This document shows positions 8,448-18,659 of a stretch of 64,000 bases of DNA, in pieces. Within the stretch, counting starts at the first letter, position 1, and each line of letters begins with the position of its first letter. The translations under genes were made by a program, and so were the position numbers. A model generated the notes under the pieces. It had not been told where the DNA came from and did no database searches. It saw nothing but the letters and a program-made list of their open reading frames with translations. Source of the stretch: a virus; IMG/VR virus record IMGVR_UViG_3300008255_000115, positions 1 to 64,000 of that record; one strand, 5' to 3'.

Positions 8448-11210
8448 ATGAAAATACTGAATGCAATGGATCTTAAGAAGGGTGAGAAAGCTGAACATAA
8501 TAGAATGGGCAGTCTTACACAACCTATACAATTTCTACCAAGAGAAGAAAAAGATAATGATTGGTCTGCTTGGTGTATGGATTGGTTTGAATTTGAAGGT
8601 CTTAAACAACTTAGAAGAAACTCCAGAAGGTTACTTAAGAACTATAAGTTAGCTAATGGTATAATTGATAAAACAGATTATATAATAGAAGAAGATAATG
8701 AGTATGCAGACATAGTTGAGCAATTAACTACAGAAGATGTTTCAGCATTAGAACTAAAATTCTATCCTATTATACCAAATGTAATTAATACATTATGTAA
8801 TGAGTTTGCAAAAAGAAATACTAAACTTACATATAGATCAGTAGATGAACTATCATACAATGAGATGATGGAAGAGAAGCGTAGCATGATTGAACAAAAT
8901 CTAGTTACAGAAGCAAGTATGAAGCTTCAAATGAAACTAACAGAACAAGGTGTGGATTTATCATCTCCTGAAGAACAACAGAAGATGCAAGAACAAGTTA
9001 AGACTTTACCAGAAATTGAGCAATTCTTTAGAAAAGATTATAAGTCTATTGTAGAACAATGGGCTCAACATCAGTATGAAGCTGATATGGAAAGATTTAA
9101 TATTGATGAGCTAGAAGAAACAGCTTTCAGAGACATGCTTATAACTGACAGAGAGTTTTGGCATTTCAAGATGTATGAAGATGACTATGATATTGAACTA
9201 TGGAATCCAGTACTTACCTTCTATCATAAGTCCCCAAATACTAGGTATATCTCAGAAGGTAATTGGGTAGGTAAGGTAGATATGATGTCAGTAGCTGATG
9301 TCATAGATAAGTATGGTTGGATAATGACACAAGAACAACTTGAATCATTAGAGGCTATATATCCCGCAAGATCTGCAGCATATGCTATTAGCGGTTACCA
9401 AAATGATGGTTCTTATTATGATGCTACAAAATCACATGACTGGAATACTAAAATGCCTTCTTTGGCCTATAGACAATTTATGTCAATGCATGATGGTTTC
9501 TGGGAAAATGGAGGAGATATAGTATCCTGGATCCTTGGAGAATCAGAAGATTTTCTAGACTTTGGTAGTACTAGTCTTTTAAGAGTAGCAACTTGTTATT
9601 GGAAGTCACAAAGAAAACTTGGACATCTTACAAAAATAGATGATGCTGGAGAATTAACTATGGAAATAGTAGATGAGACTTATAAATCTAGTGACAAACC
9701 AATCTATAATACAACACTGATTAAAAATAAAGGTAAAGAAAATTTAGTATTTGGAGAACACATAGACTGGATTTGGATTAATGAAGTATGGGGTGGAGTT
9801 AAAATAGGCCCTAATCATTCAAGCTTTTGGGGAATGAATAGTGCAGACGGTATAAATCCTATGTACTTAGGTATTGATCAAAATAAAATAGGTAGATTAA
9901 AGTTTCAATTCAAAGGGGATAAATCACTGTATGGTTGTAAATTACCAGTTGAAGGCAGAATATTCACAGATAGAAACTCTAGATCAGTATCATGTGTAGA
10001 CCAAATGAAACCTTGGCAGATTGGTTATAATATAGTAAATAATCAAATAGCAGATATATTGGTAGATGAGTTAGGTACTGTTATATTATTTGATCAGAAC
10101 TCACTTCCTAGACATTCAATGGGTGAAGACTGGGGGAAAAATAATTTAGCTAAAGCATATGTAGCTATGAAGAATTTTCAAATGTTACCTTTGGATAGTA
10201 CCATTGCTAATACAGAAAATCCATTAGCTTTTCAACATTATCAGAAAATAGACATGGAGCAAACCAATAGACTACTTTCTAGAGTAAGTTTAGCTAATTA
10301 TTTTAAGTCACAAGCTTTTGATAATATAGGAGTGAATCCAGAAAGAATGGGACAACATATAGAGCAAGAAACTGCAGAAGGAGTAAGAGCAGCTTTAAAT
10401 GGTTCATATGCACAAACAGAACAATATTTCATAAACCACATAGATCATCTAATGCCTAGGGTTCATCAAATGAGAACAGATCTTTCACAGCATTATCACT
10501 CTACTAAACCTTCTATTAGACTTCAATATCTTACTTCAGCTCATGAAAAGATTAATTTTAGTATGAATGGTACTTCATTATTATTAAGGGATATAAATGT
10601 GTATGCTACTACTAAGTCTAGTCATAGGGCTGTAATGGAAAAACTTAGACAATTAGCTTTAGAAAACAATACATCTGGAGCTTCTATATATGATTTAGGT
10701 AATATTATTAAAGCAGATAGTATTCCAGAAATAACGGATGTTATGAAGGCTGCTGAAGAAAAAGTAAATATCCAAAGACAGCAAGAACAACAACATGAAC
10801 AACAACTACAAGAACAAGCTCTTGCTGCAGAAGCAAAAGAGCAAGAAGCATTGCGTAGTTATGAAGCTATGGAAGCTGAAAAAGAAAGAAGAAAAGATAT
10901 TCTTGTTGCTGAAATAAGAGCTGCAGGTTATGGAGCTATGATGGATATTGATGAAAACAAACAATCAGACTTTACAGATCAGATGAAAGAGATTAGAGCA
11001 AGTGATGAGTATAATCAAAACATGAATCTTAATAGAGAAAAACAAGCTTCTACTGAACAGCAACATAAAGATAAGATGAGTATAGAGCGTGAGAAGTTAC
11101 AAATAGCTAGAGAGAAATCTGAAAATGATCTCAAAATAGCTAGAGAAAATAAAAACAAATACGATGTAAAAGAACCTTCTAAAAACAGCAAGAAACCTAA
11201 GAAAAAATAA
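8448..11210 (+). CDS. portal protein (crAss-like)
   Basis: 920 aa after terL; FYPIIPNVINTL-x-NEF motif and coiled-coil C-terminus; terL-portal-scaffold-MCP gene order. Confidence 0.85.
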   Translation: MKILNAMDLKKGEKAEHNRMGSLTQPIQFLPREEKDNDWSAWCMDWFEFEGLKQLRRNSRRLLKNYKLANGIIDKTDYIIEEDNEYADIVEQLTTEDVSALELKFYPIIPNVINTLCNEFAKRNTKLTYRSVDELSYNEMMEEKRSMIEQNLVTEASMKLQMKLTEQGVDLSSPEEQQKMQEQVKTLPEIEQFFRKDYKSIVEQWAQHQYEADMERFNIDELEETAFRDMLITDREFWHFKMYEDDYDIELWNPVLTFYHKSPNTRYISEGNWVGKVDMMSVADVIDKYGWIMTQEQLESLEAIYPARSAAYAISGYQNDGSYYDATKSHDWNTKMPSLAYRQFMSMHDGFWENGGDIVSWILGESEDFLDFGSTSLLRVATCYWKSQRKLGHLTKIDDAGELTMEIVDETYKSSDKPIYNTTLIKNKGKENLVFGEHIDWIWINEVWGGVKIGPNHSSFWGMNSADGINPMYLGIDQNKIGRLKFQFKGDKSLYGCKLPVEGRIFTDRNSRSVSCVDQMKPWQIGYNIVNNQIADILVDELGTVILFDQNSLPRHSMGEDWGKNNLAKAYVAMKNFQMLPLDSTIANTENPLAFQHYQKIDMEQTNRLLSRVSLANYFKSQAFDNIGVNPERMGQHIEQETAEGVRAALNGSYAQTEQYFINHIDHLMPRVHQMRTDLSQHYHSTKPSIRLQYLTSAHEKINFSMNGTSLLLRDINVYATTKSSHRAVMEKLRQLALENNTSGASIYDLGNIIKADSIPEITDVMKAAEEKVNIQRQQEQQHEQQLQEQALAAEAKEQEALRSYEAMEAEKERRKDILVAEIRAAGYGAMMDIDENKQSDFTDQMKEIRASDEYNQNMNLNREKQASTEQQHKDKMSIEREKLQIAREKSENDLKIARENKNKYDVKEPSKNSKKPKKK

Positions 11211-11258
11211 TCATAACTATATGCTGAGATATTTCTCAATATAAAAACTATTTTTTTT

Positions 11259-11304
11259 AAACTTTCTTAGTTTATCATTATAAATTTTAGTATATTAAAG
11301 TATA
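11259..11304 (+). promoter_or_regulatory. phage promoter motif
   Basis: AAACTT-tct-tAGTTT, then TTTAGTATATTAAAGTATA upstream of the scaffold/MCP genes. Confidence 0.65.
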
Positions 11305-11327
11305 GACATTTTAAAACCAACAAAAGT

Positions 11328-12581
11328 ATGTCAGAAACAAAACCAATAACTGAGGTTAAACAAATCACAACAGATGAATTGGATAACCTCTTAGGAACAC
11401 CAGGAGCTGAAGCAATAATGGTCCCAGGTGAAGAAGTAAAGGCTAAAAAGCCATCGTTCTTTGATAATGGAAAAGTAAATATGGACTTCATAGATAATGA
11501 AGGATCAGATACAGATTCAGAAGATACTTCAGATAAAAAAACAGATGATAAAACTAAACCAGTTGAGTCATTTGATGATATTGTAAAAGATGCAGATAAG
11601 GAAGAGGAGGAAGAGCAAGAAAAGAAACAGGGTAGACCACCTCTTGATAAAACAGGAATGGCTCAGTTAGCTAAGTTATTAATTGATGAAAAAGTAATTC
11701 TTCCTTTTGATGAAGATAAACCTTTAGAAGATTATACTATAGAGGACTACAAAGAATTATTTGCTCTCAACATACAAGAGAGAGAAAACAAAGTAAAAGA
11801 AGAAACTCCAAAGGAATTTTTTCAAGCTTTACCTCCTGAATTACAATATGCTGCAAAATACGTTGCTGATGGTGGAACAGATTTAAAAGGCTTATTTAGA
11901 ACTTTGGCACAAGCTGAAGAAAGTAAATCAATAACTATTGATACACCAGAAGGACAAGAAAAAGCAGTAAGACAATTTCTTCAAGCTACAAATTTTGGAA
12001 CTGTAGAAGAAATTCAAGAACAAATAGACAGTTGGAAAGACTTAGAAAAATTAGAAGATAAAGCTCAACAGTTTAAACCACGTCTAGATGCAATGCAAGA
12101 ACAAATTATTAAGCGTCAACTAGCAGAGCAGACACAAAAGAAAAAACAAAGAGAAGCTGCATCTCAACAATATGCAGATAGTATTTATAATACATTAGAA
12201 AAAGGAGAACTTAATGGATTAAAAATTAATCCTAAAGTTCAAAACTTATTATATGATGGTTTAATTAATGCAAACTATCAATCAATATCAGGTCAGCCAA
12301 CAAATATGTTTGGACACTTGATTGAAAAACATCAGTATATTGAACCTAATCATGGATTAATTGCAGAAGCCTTATGGTTACTACAGGATCCAGAAGGATA
12401 TAGAGCTGAAATTGCAAAGGGTGCAAAAAATGCGACAGTTGAAGCAACAGCAAGGCAATTAAAGATGGAACAACAAAGTAAACATGAGGGAGGAGAAGAC
12501 ATCCAACCAGGAACAGACAGAAAACCAGGAAGTGGAGCAACATTAAAAAGACCACCAAAGGGATTCTTTAAAAGAGACTAA
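11328..12581 (+). CDS. acidic scaffold-like capsid assembly protein
   Basis: Very acidic, helical 417-aa protein between portal and MCP. Confidence 0.6.
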   Translation: MSETKPITEVKQITTDELDNLLGTPGAEAIMVPGEEVKAKKPSFFDNGKVNMDFIDNEGSDTDSEDTSDKKTDDKTKPVESFDDIVKDADKEEEEEQEKKQGRPPLDKTGMAQLAKLLIDEKVILPFDEDKPLEDYTIEDYKELFALNIQERENKVKEETPKEFFQALPPELQYAAKYVADGGTDLKGLFRTLAQAEESKSITIDTPEGQEKAVRQFLQATNFGTVEEIQEQIDSWKDLEKLEDKAQQFKPRLDAMQEQIIKRQLAEQTQKKKQREAASQQYADSIYNTLEKGELNGLKINPKVQNLLYDGLINANYQSISGQPTNMFGHLIEKHQYIEPNHGLIAEALWLLQDPEGYRAEIAKGAKNATVEATARQLKMEQQSKHEGGEDIQPGTDRKPGSGATLKRPPKGFFKRD

Positions 12582-12619
12582 ACAATTAAATTAAATAATA
12601 ACTAAAACAATTTCAAATT

Positions 12620-14236
12620 ATGGCAACTCCAGTATTGAATAATGGGATTTTCTTGAGAGACACGCAATATAATGCAAGTTCTCACGTTGACTCATATCAC
12701 TTGGTGAACATGTTAAAAGATGCAGATCCTATGGACTTAGGTCCAGTAGATATTTGGGCTATGGCTCAAAAAGTAGAAATGCCTCTTTATCAAATGAGTT
12801 CATTTGGTGGTAAAAATGTAATCATGGTAAACAATCACCGTGGTGAGTATAAATGGCAGACTCCAATATCACAGGATCTTCCTTATATCATTGAAGATAT
12901 AGAACCAGATAATGAGCGTAAAGGTCAGGATGGTACTACATTCAAGATCAAACTTAACAAACGTGAGTTTGGACATGGTGATATCATTACTTATGACAAA
13001 TATAATGGTTATGAGTTATACATTACTGATGAAGATATTCTTCCTATTGGAGATGGCTTTATTTATACAGTACGTCTAGTAAATAATGATAATGTTAAAT
13101 ACTTAGATAACAAGTACCTTAGAGAAGGAATGAAGTACTTCAGAAAAGGTTCTGCTAGAGGTGAATATGGAGAGAGATTCTCTGACATTATTACTGGTTC
13201 AGGATTCAGAGAATTCTACAATTATGTAGGTGGTGCAGAAGCTCATGTTCATTATTCTATCTCTTCAAGAGCAGATATGATGATTAAAGGTGGAATGAAA
13301 GCAGATGGAACAGTACCTGTTACTGAAATCTGGAGAAACTTTGATAAGAATGTTAATCCTTCAGTTGCATCTTTAGAAGGTTTAGTTTCTACAATGGGTA
13401 AATCATATGTTAAAAAAGCAATGGAAAATGGTTCTCTATCAAGAAGTTTCTTAACTTCATTAGAGGCTGCTCACTTGAGTAAAATTGCTAATGATATTGA
13501 GACTTACTTAATGTGGGGACATGGTGGTAAAATCCGTCAAGATGGTCCAGATGATTTAAGATTATCTGTAGGTCTTTGGAAACAATTAGATAACTCATTC
13601 AAAAGAGTATATAATAAAGGTAATTTTAATCTTGATTTATTCAAATCTGAACTTTATAACTTCTATCAAGGAAGAGTTGAGTTCAATGGTCCAGACCCAA
13701 AAAGACAATTGATTGTTCAAACAGGTATTGGAGGAATGAAGCTAGTAAATGAAGCTATCAAGTTAGAAGCTAATGCTGCTGGTCTTGTAATTCAAGCTGA
13801 TGATATTGGAGCTATTACAGGTAAAGGTATGGATCTTGGATTTGGATTTGCTTACACTAGCTATGTAATACCTTTCTTAGCAAATGTTAAGTTTGTACTT
13901 AATCCAGCATTTGATAATTTACATACTAATGATATTGAGAATCCTATCATTGATGGTCATCCTCTAAGTTCATATAGTTTTGTAATTTTTGATATTACTG
14001 ATACAGGTAATGATAACATATTCTTATTAAAACTTGATTGGGATAATGCTTTAAAATGGTGGTATCAAAATGGTACTATGGATTACATGGGTAGAACTCA
14101 AGGATTCCAATCTTCAGGTCAGTTTAATGGTTACAGAGTTATGATGACTCAAGTTATGCCAGCAATCTGGGTTAAAGATCCAACTAAAGTTCTTAAAATT
14201 GTAATGAGAAATCCTATTACAGGAGGTTCATTCTAA
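12620..14236 (+). CDS. major capsid protein (crAss-like)
   Basis: 538 aa; position; YLMWGHGG...GLWKQLD segment typical of HK97-fold capsids; followed by stem-loops. Confidence 0.85.
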   Translation: MATPVLNNGIFLRDTQYNASSHVDSYHLVNMLKDADPMDLGPVDIWAMAQKVEMPLYQMSSFGGKNVIMVNNHRGEYKWQTPISQDLPYIIEDIEPDNERKGQDGTTFKIKLNKREFGHGDIITYDKYNGYELYITDEDILPIGDGFIYTVRLVNNDNVKYLDNKYLREGMKYFRKGSARGEYGERFSDIITGSGFREFYNYVGGAEAHVHYSISSRADMMIKGGMKADGTVPVTEIWRNFDKNVNPSVASLEGLVSTMGKSYVKKAMENGSLSRSFLTSLEAAHLSKIANDIETYLMWGHGGKIRQDGPDDLRLSVGLWKQLDNSFKRVYNKGNFNLDLFKSELYNFYQGRVEFNGPDPKRQLIVQTGIGGMKLVNEAIKLEANAAGLVIQADDIGAITGKGMDLGFGFAYTSYVIPFLANVKFVLNPAFDNLHTNDIENPIIDGHPLSSYSFVIFDITDTGNDNIFLLKLDWDNALKWWYQNGTMDYMGRTQGFQSSGQFNGYRVMMTQVMPAIWVKDPTKVLKIVMRNPITGGSF

Positions 14237-14246
14237 TACAAATAAT

Positions 14247-14274
14247 AAGGGGAAGTTCTAATGTTCTTCCCTTT
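14247..14274 (+). terminator. weak terminator or attenuating hairpin after MCP
   Basis: AAGGGGAAG...CTTCCCTTT inverted repeat. Confidence 0.5.
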
Positions 14275-14282
14275 ATATTACA

Positions 14283-14320
14283 CACCTGTTGCAATACCAG
14301 ACTTTGCATTCTGGCAGGTG
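14283..14320 (+). other. GC-rich structured RNA element (bulged hairpin, possible pseudoknot or switch)
   Basis: CACCTG/CAGGTG and CCAGA/TCTGG stems; bulge TGCAA is complementary to loop TTGCA. Confidence 0.5.
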
Positions 14321-14362
14321 CTATAAGATGACTTAATTATAAACCAACTAAAACCAAAACAG

Positions 14363-15379
14363 ATGTCATTTACAAAAGTAGAAACACGTAGTTTAAATCA
14401 CTACAAAAAAGTATCAATAAGACCTTACTTTGACCCTAGTGTGGCCAATATGGGTCTTGAAAATTATGGGATGTCTTTACATGATGGTGTATACTGGACA
14501 GAACAACTAGCTTGTTTAGAACGTAATGGTATTAAGAGATATGTATCAGGTCTAAATGAGTTTGCTCCAGAAGTAAAATTAATAAAAGATGATAAAGAAA
14601 GAGCAGCCAAGATTAAAGAAATAAGAACTGTAGTTGCACAACTTGAAAGAGAATTTGCAGCAAACATTGTAGATATTGAAGATCCAGAATTTTGGAATAA
14701 GATAAAATTATTAAAACATGATAATGATGAATTCTGGTCAAGAATAGAACTTAAAGCAGGGAATGATATTACATTTCTAGATCCTGCTAAAGAACCTTAT
14801 GATCTAATTAAGATTTATGCAATAGATGCTGGAGGATTTAGTATTGTTGCACCAAGTTTAAAAGCAGCACAAGAAATGGCAGTTGCTCCTAAGTTTTATT
14901 TAGATAGACATGAAGAAACAGTTTCTACTAAAAATACTTTAAGGAAAGTTAGAAATAAAGCTCTTGCATTATTACAAGATATGTATGACAAAGATAGTAA
15001 TAAACTATTATATGTTGCAAAAGTAATTGATCCAGGAAGTGCTTCTCTTACAAAGAGCACATCAAATGATGATATTTATGCTAAGATGGATGAATATATT
15101 AATGGCACTAGCTTTGAGAAAAACAAAATGGTTGCATCTGAATATTTCTTAGCTACAGCTTCACAGACTGTTGGTGAACTTAAATTAAGAGCTATGGTTA
15201 AAGATGCAGCTTACTATAAAATTATTGTAACTAAAGCTGACGGACATATTTATCACCGTGATTCAAACACAATGCTTGGTAAAAATCCAACAGACATAGT
15301 AGAATACTTAAAGAATCCTCTTAATGAAGATGTCTTAGTAGGTATACAAGAACCAGTGGAATCATATTGGAATAAATAA
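14363..15379 (+). CDS. conserved capsid-module protein
   Basis: 338-aa ORF directly after MCP; two AAACCAA copies in the leader. Confidence 0.65.
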   Translation: MSFTKVETRSLNHYKKVSIRPYFDPSVANMGLENYGMSLHDGVYWTEQLACLERNGIKRYVSGLNEFAPEVKLIKDDKERAAKIKEIRTVVAQLEREFAANIVDIEDPEFWNKIKLLKHDNDEFWSRIELKAGNDITFLDPAKEPYDLIKIYAIDAGGFSIVAPSLKAAQEMAVAPKFYLDRHEETVSTKNTLRKVRNKALALLQDMYDKDSNKLLYVAKVIDPGSASLTKSTSNDDIYAKMDEYINGTSFEKNKMVASEYFLATASQTVGELKLRAMVKDAAYYKIIVTKADGHIYHRDSNTMLGKNPTDIVEYLKNPLNEDVLVGIQEPVESYWNK

Positions 15380-15397
15380 ATTTAAAAATTATATATT

Positions 15398-15565
15398 ATG
15401 ACAAAAGGACAAAGTGCAGTACCTGGAATATCAAGTGCTGAATCTACAGGAACACGTAGATCATTAGCTAATCAACCTACTACAAAGAATAATGTAAAAG
15501 GTGTAGAAGTTAATACCATTGGAAATAGACCTTCAGCAAGCAGAAATATCAAAGGAATTAAATAA
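15398..15565 (+). CDS. small basic protein, 55 aa (absent from ORF track)
   Basis: MTKGQSAVPGISSAESTGTRRSLANQPTTKNNVKGVEVNTIGNRPSASRNIKGIK fills the gap between two genes; AT-rich leader. Confidence 0.65.
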   Translation: MTKGQSAVPGISSAESTGTRRSLANQPTTKNNVKGVEVNTIGNRPSASRNIKGIK

Positions 15566-15571
15566 TAAGAG

Positions 15572-16276
15572 GTGACTAATAGTGCTATACAAATAAAGTT
15601 TAGAGAAAGGCTTAACAAAATCTCATCCAATGACTATGATAATGTAGACTGTTGGCAGATTGTTGAAGCCTTTAATAAAGCACAGATAGAGTGGGTTAGA
15701 AGACAAATACGTGGGGGTAACATCTTTCAAGATGGTGATGAACAATCACGCAGAAGAATAGATGATTTACAAACATTACTTACACCTTCAGCTTTACCTA
15801 TTATAAATAGAGGTATATTTTATGAAACTGTTTCAACATTACCTTTTGATTATTTAGAATTTAAAAGAATAGATGTTAAAGCTAAAAGTGAATGCTGTGA
15901 AGAACCAAGATCTATGAATGTTTATCTTGCAGAAGAAGACAATAGAGCTCAACTTCTTAGAGATGAAATGAAAAGACCTAGTTTTGAATGGGGAGAAACT
16001 TTTGCAACACTAATAAACAATAAAGCAAGGATCTTTACAAATGGTGAATTTGAGTTATCTGATGCTGAATTAACTTATTATAGGTTTCCAACATATATAC
16101 AAATTCAAGGATGTATAGATCCTTATACAGGAATAGGTTCTCCTGTCAATATAGAATGTGAACTTAAAGATGATATAATAGAATTAATAATTGATGAGGC
16201 TGTTGCTATAGTTGCTGGAGATATAGAATCTGGTAACCAAGGTAGAGGGTCTGAATCAGCAGAAAGATCAAATTAA
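15572..16276 (+). CDS. virion ring / head-tail adaptor-like protein (GTG start)
   Basis: N-terminal helices (FNKAQIEW), beta middle, C-terminal LTYYRFP...IIELIIDEAV; layout typical of adaptor/ring proteins. Confidence 0.55.
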   Translation: MTNSAIQIKFRERLNKISSNDYDNVDCWQIVEAFNKAQIEWVRRQIRGGNIFQDGDEQSRRRIDDLQTLLTPSALPIINRGIFYETVSTLPFDYLEFKRIDVKAKSECCEEPRSMNVYLAEEDNRAQLLRDEMKRPSFEWGETFATLINNKARIFTNGEFELSDAELTYYRFPTYIQIQGCIDPYTGIGSPVNIECELKDDIIELIIDEAVAIVAGDIESGNQGRGSESAERSN

Positions 16277-16324
16277 AAAAATAATAAAATTATTTTCAAC
16301 AAGTAGTTGCATATTTACAAGTAA

Positions 16325-16343
16325 TTGCTTATATTATAGTATA
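16325..16343 (+). promoter_or_regulatory. phage promoter motif
   Basis: TTGCTTATATTATAGTATA shares the TATATTATAGTATA core. Confidence 0.65.
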
Positions 16344-16371
16344 TTTATTTATTAACTAAAAACAAAAAATT

Positions 16372-17799
16372 ATGGCTTATTTTAATCATGCATTTTGTAA
16401 AGTGATGTGGGGAGCTTCTCCAAATCCACTTGCACCAACAGCAACAGGTTATTTGAACGCAGCAGGTACATTATCTGTGGATTTACTACCAAATAATGGT
16501 GTAGGTACTTTCACATTTGCTGACCAAGCTGCAGCAGGATGGCCCTCAGTAGCAGTAGCCCCAACAGCGGGTGAACCACTTACCTTAATTAGTACTTCAT
16601 TGTATCAAAATGATAAGGTTGGACCTTTTCATGGAGGATATCAAGAGACTAACAAGTCTAAAATGATTAATCCTAAATTTATTAATGAGTTCTATGTTGT
16701 AGAGTCAGCTTTACCATTAACCAATATTATTGGTGTTGGGGCTACACCAAATCTTGATTTATCAGGTGGAGATGCAGCATGTTGTCCAACATTCTATTGT
16801 AATGAAACTTACAATATTAGATTTGACCTTAAAGGCTCTCCTACATTAAGAATGTTAAACCATAATGCTTATGAGATAGCAGCAGCTTATACAGGATGTT
16901 GTGATGGACCAACTCCAAGTCTAGTTGATCCAGCTGATGTTATGGCAGCATGGATGAATTATATTGTTAATGATCCTATCTTCTTTGGAGTATATGGACA
17001 AACTCAAAACAGACTAGTTAATGTTGGTATTACAGTTACATGTGATAATGGTGTTACATGGGGTTTATATTTACCTAACAACCCTACAGTAGGTGTAGCA
17101 GGTGTGTATTTTGAAGCAGATGGTATAACACCAACTGCAGAAGCTATAGCTTTCCATGCAGAATTAGTTTTAATTACAGGTGCTATAATTAGTGCACCTC
17201 AACCTTATAGTGCTTATGTATCAATATTTACTCCAGCAACACCAAACTGTTGTGCTGGTTTAGTAGTACAAGCAGCATTTGTAGAAACTAAATTTGGTGA
17301 TTGTACATTCCAACCTACAGATTTCTTTGAACTTGAACCTTTATCAATACAAGCTTCAATGTTAGATGAAACAGGAGATCCTTGTATATTTGAACAACTA
17401 TGTATCTCTGATGGTATTACCCCATCTGGTTCAGGTTCTCAAACTATTTATCCAGCTATCCAAATTGGAACACAAGCTATGGGAACAGGAGAAAGAATCT
17501 TAAGAGATTTAATCTTGTCAGAAGGATATCAACAAAATCATTTTGCAACTAATGGTGACTTAAGAGTTAGAGAAATCACTCAAGGGTATGATGTTAGTTC
17601 TGCAGTTGGTAGAAATTCATTATATACTTGTTACTATATTAAACATACTGTACCAAGATATAATAATCCATCTGGAACATTTGATAATGATCAATACTTA
17701 CTTAAAATTCCAGTAGATGCTAGAGATCCAAACTTTGAAGCTTTCGTGGGTACATGGTTACTAGGGGCAAATAATCCAGTAACTTTAACAGTTTACTAA
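16372..17799 (+). CDS. structural protein, candidate auxiliary capsid/decoration protein
   Basis: 475 aa, beta-rich, several CC pairs; flanked by its own promoter motif and terminator, which suggests high expression. Confidence 0.55.
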   Translation: MAYFNHAFCKVMWGASPNPLAPTATGYLNAAGTLSVDLLPNNGVGTFTFADQAAAGWPSVAVAPTAGEPLTLISTSLYQNDKVGPFHGGYQETNKSKMINPKFINEFYVVESALPLTNIIGVGATPNLDLSGGDAACCPTFYCNETYNIRFDLKGSPTLRMLNHNAYEIAAAYTGCCDGPTPSLVDPADVMAAWMNYIVNDPIFFGVYGQTQNRLVNVGITVTCDNGVTWGLYLPNNPTVGVAGVYFEADGITPTAEAIAFHAELVLITGAIISAPQPYSAYVSIFTPATPNCCAGLVVQAAFVETKFGDCTFQPTDFFELEPLSIQASMLDETGDPCIFEQLCISDGITPSGSGSQTIYPAIQIGTQAMGTGERILRDLILSEGYQQNHFATNGDLRVREITQGYDVSSAVGRNSLYTCYYIKHTVPRYNNPSGTFDNDQYLLKIPVDARDPNFEAFVGTWLLGANNPVTLTVY

Positions 17800-17819
17800 T
17801 AACTATTTTATATTTATAG

Positions 17820-17862
17820 AAAAGGGAGAGCGAGAGTCAAAATTTCTCCTCTCCCTTTTTTT
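17820..17862 (+). terminator. Rho-independent terminator
   Basis: AAAAGGGAGAG-c-GAGA...TCTC-CTCTCCCTTTT followed by a T tract. Confidence 0.85.
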
Positions 17863-17885
17863 ATTTAATCATTAAACTGGTAAAG

Positions 17886-18434
17886 ATGGCAAAACATACA
17901 TTAAGCCTAGATGTTCAAGATACACTTAATGAGTGTGTTATTTGTGTTTCAGACACTAGTATATATGCAGATAAACCACCCGTTGAGTGTCCTTATTTAG
18001 ACATTCTTGCTCCCGGATTTTCATGTGCTGTAAGATTGGATGTAACTCCAGGGTTCTGTAGCTTATGCCTAACAGCTTGTGATTTAACTTTACAAACTAC
18101 AAATTGTGGTGTTACTTATGATATATTACCAGATGGTGTTTATGTCATAAAATATAGTATTGCACCAAATGAATATATATTTGCAGAATATAATCACTTA
18201 CGTATTACTAACATTATGATCAAATATAATGAAGTATTATGTGCACTTGATGTTGCAGCTTGTGATCCTATTCCTACAACAAAAGAAAAACTTAAAGAAT
18301 TAAGACTCATAGAGATGCTAATTAAAGCTGCTAAAGCAAAGGTTGAATACTGTCATACACCAGGTGCTGGCATGGATCTTTATGAGTATGCTAAAAAAAG
18401 ACTGGACAAATTAGCTTGTACAGTTTGTTTATAA
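17886..18434 (+). CDS. Cys-rich structural protein
   Basis: 182 aa with many Cys; LPDGVYVIKYSI Ig-like strand; helical C-terminus. Confidence 0.6.
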   Translation: MAKHTLSLDVQDTLNECVICVSDTSIYADKPPVECPYLDILAPGFSCAVRLDVTPGFCSLCLTACDLTLQTTNCGVTYDILPDGVYVIKYSIAPNEYIFAEYNHLRITNIMIKYNEVLCALDVAACDPIPTTKEKLKELRLIEMLIKAAKAKVEYCHTPGAGMDLYEYAKKRLDKLACTVCL

Positions 18435-18453
18435 TCTTTTAAAACCAATAAAA

Positions 18454-18648
18454 ATGGCAAGATGTGGAAATTGTGGAGCTAAATTAAGTTGCTCCTGTAA
18501 AATGAGAAAAGCATCAGATGGCAAATCATGCTGTGTAAACTGCATCTCAAATTATGAAAAAATAATAAAAAAATCAAAAGTTTTAAAAACTTTAATTCCT
18601 GATACTATACCAGGAATTATATTAAATACTACCGCAGTACAGACATAA
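18454..18648 (+). CDS. small metallothionein-like Cys-rich protein
   Basis: 7 Cys in the first 30 aa (CGNC...CSC...CCVNC); AAACCAA leader. Confidence 0.65.
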   Translation: MARCGNCGAKLSCSCKMRKASDGKSCCVNCISNYEKIIKKSKVLKTLIPDTIPGIILNTTAVQT

Positions 18649-18659
18649 ACTAATAGTAA

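Noticed and set aside
11225-11258. TGAGA-tatt-TCTCA hairpin as a terminator after the portal gene
   Set aside because: Only a 5-bp AT-rich stem, and the T tract is 12 nt away; too weak to call
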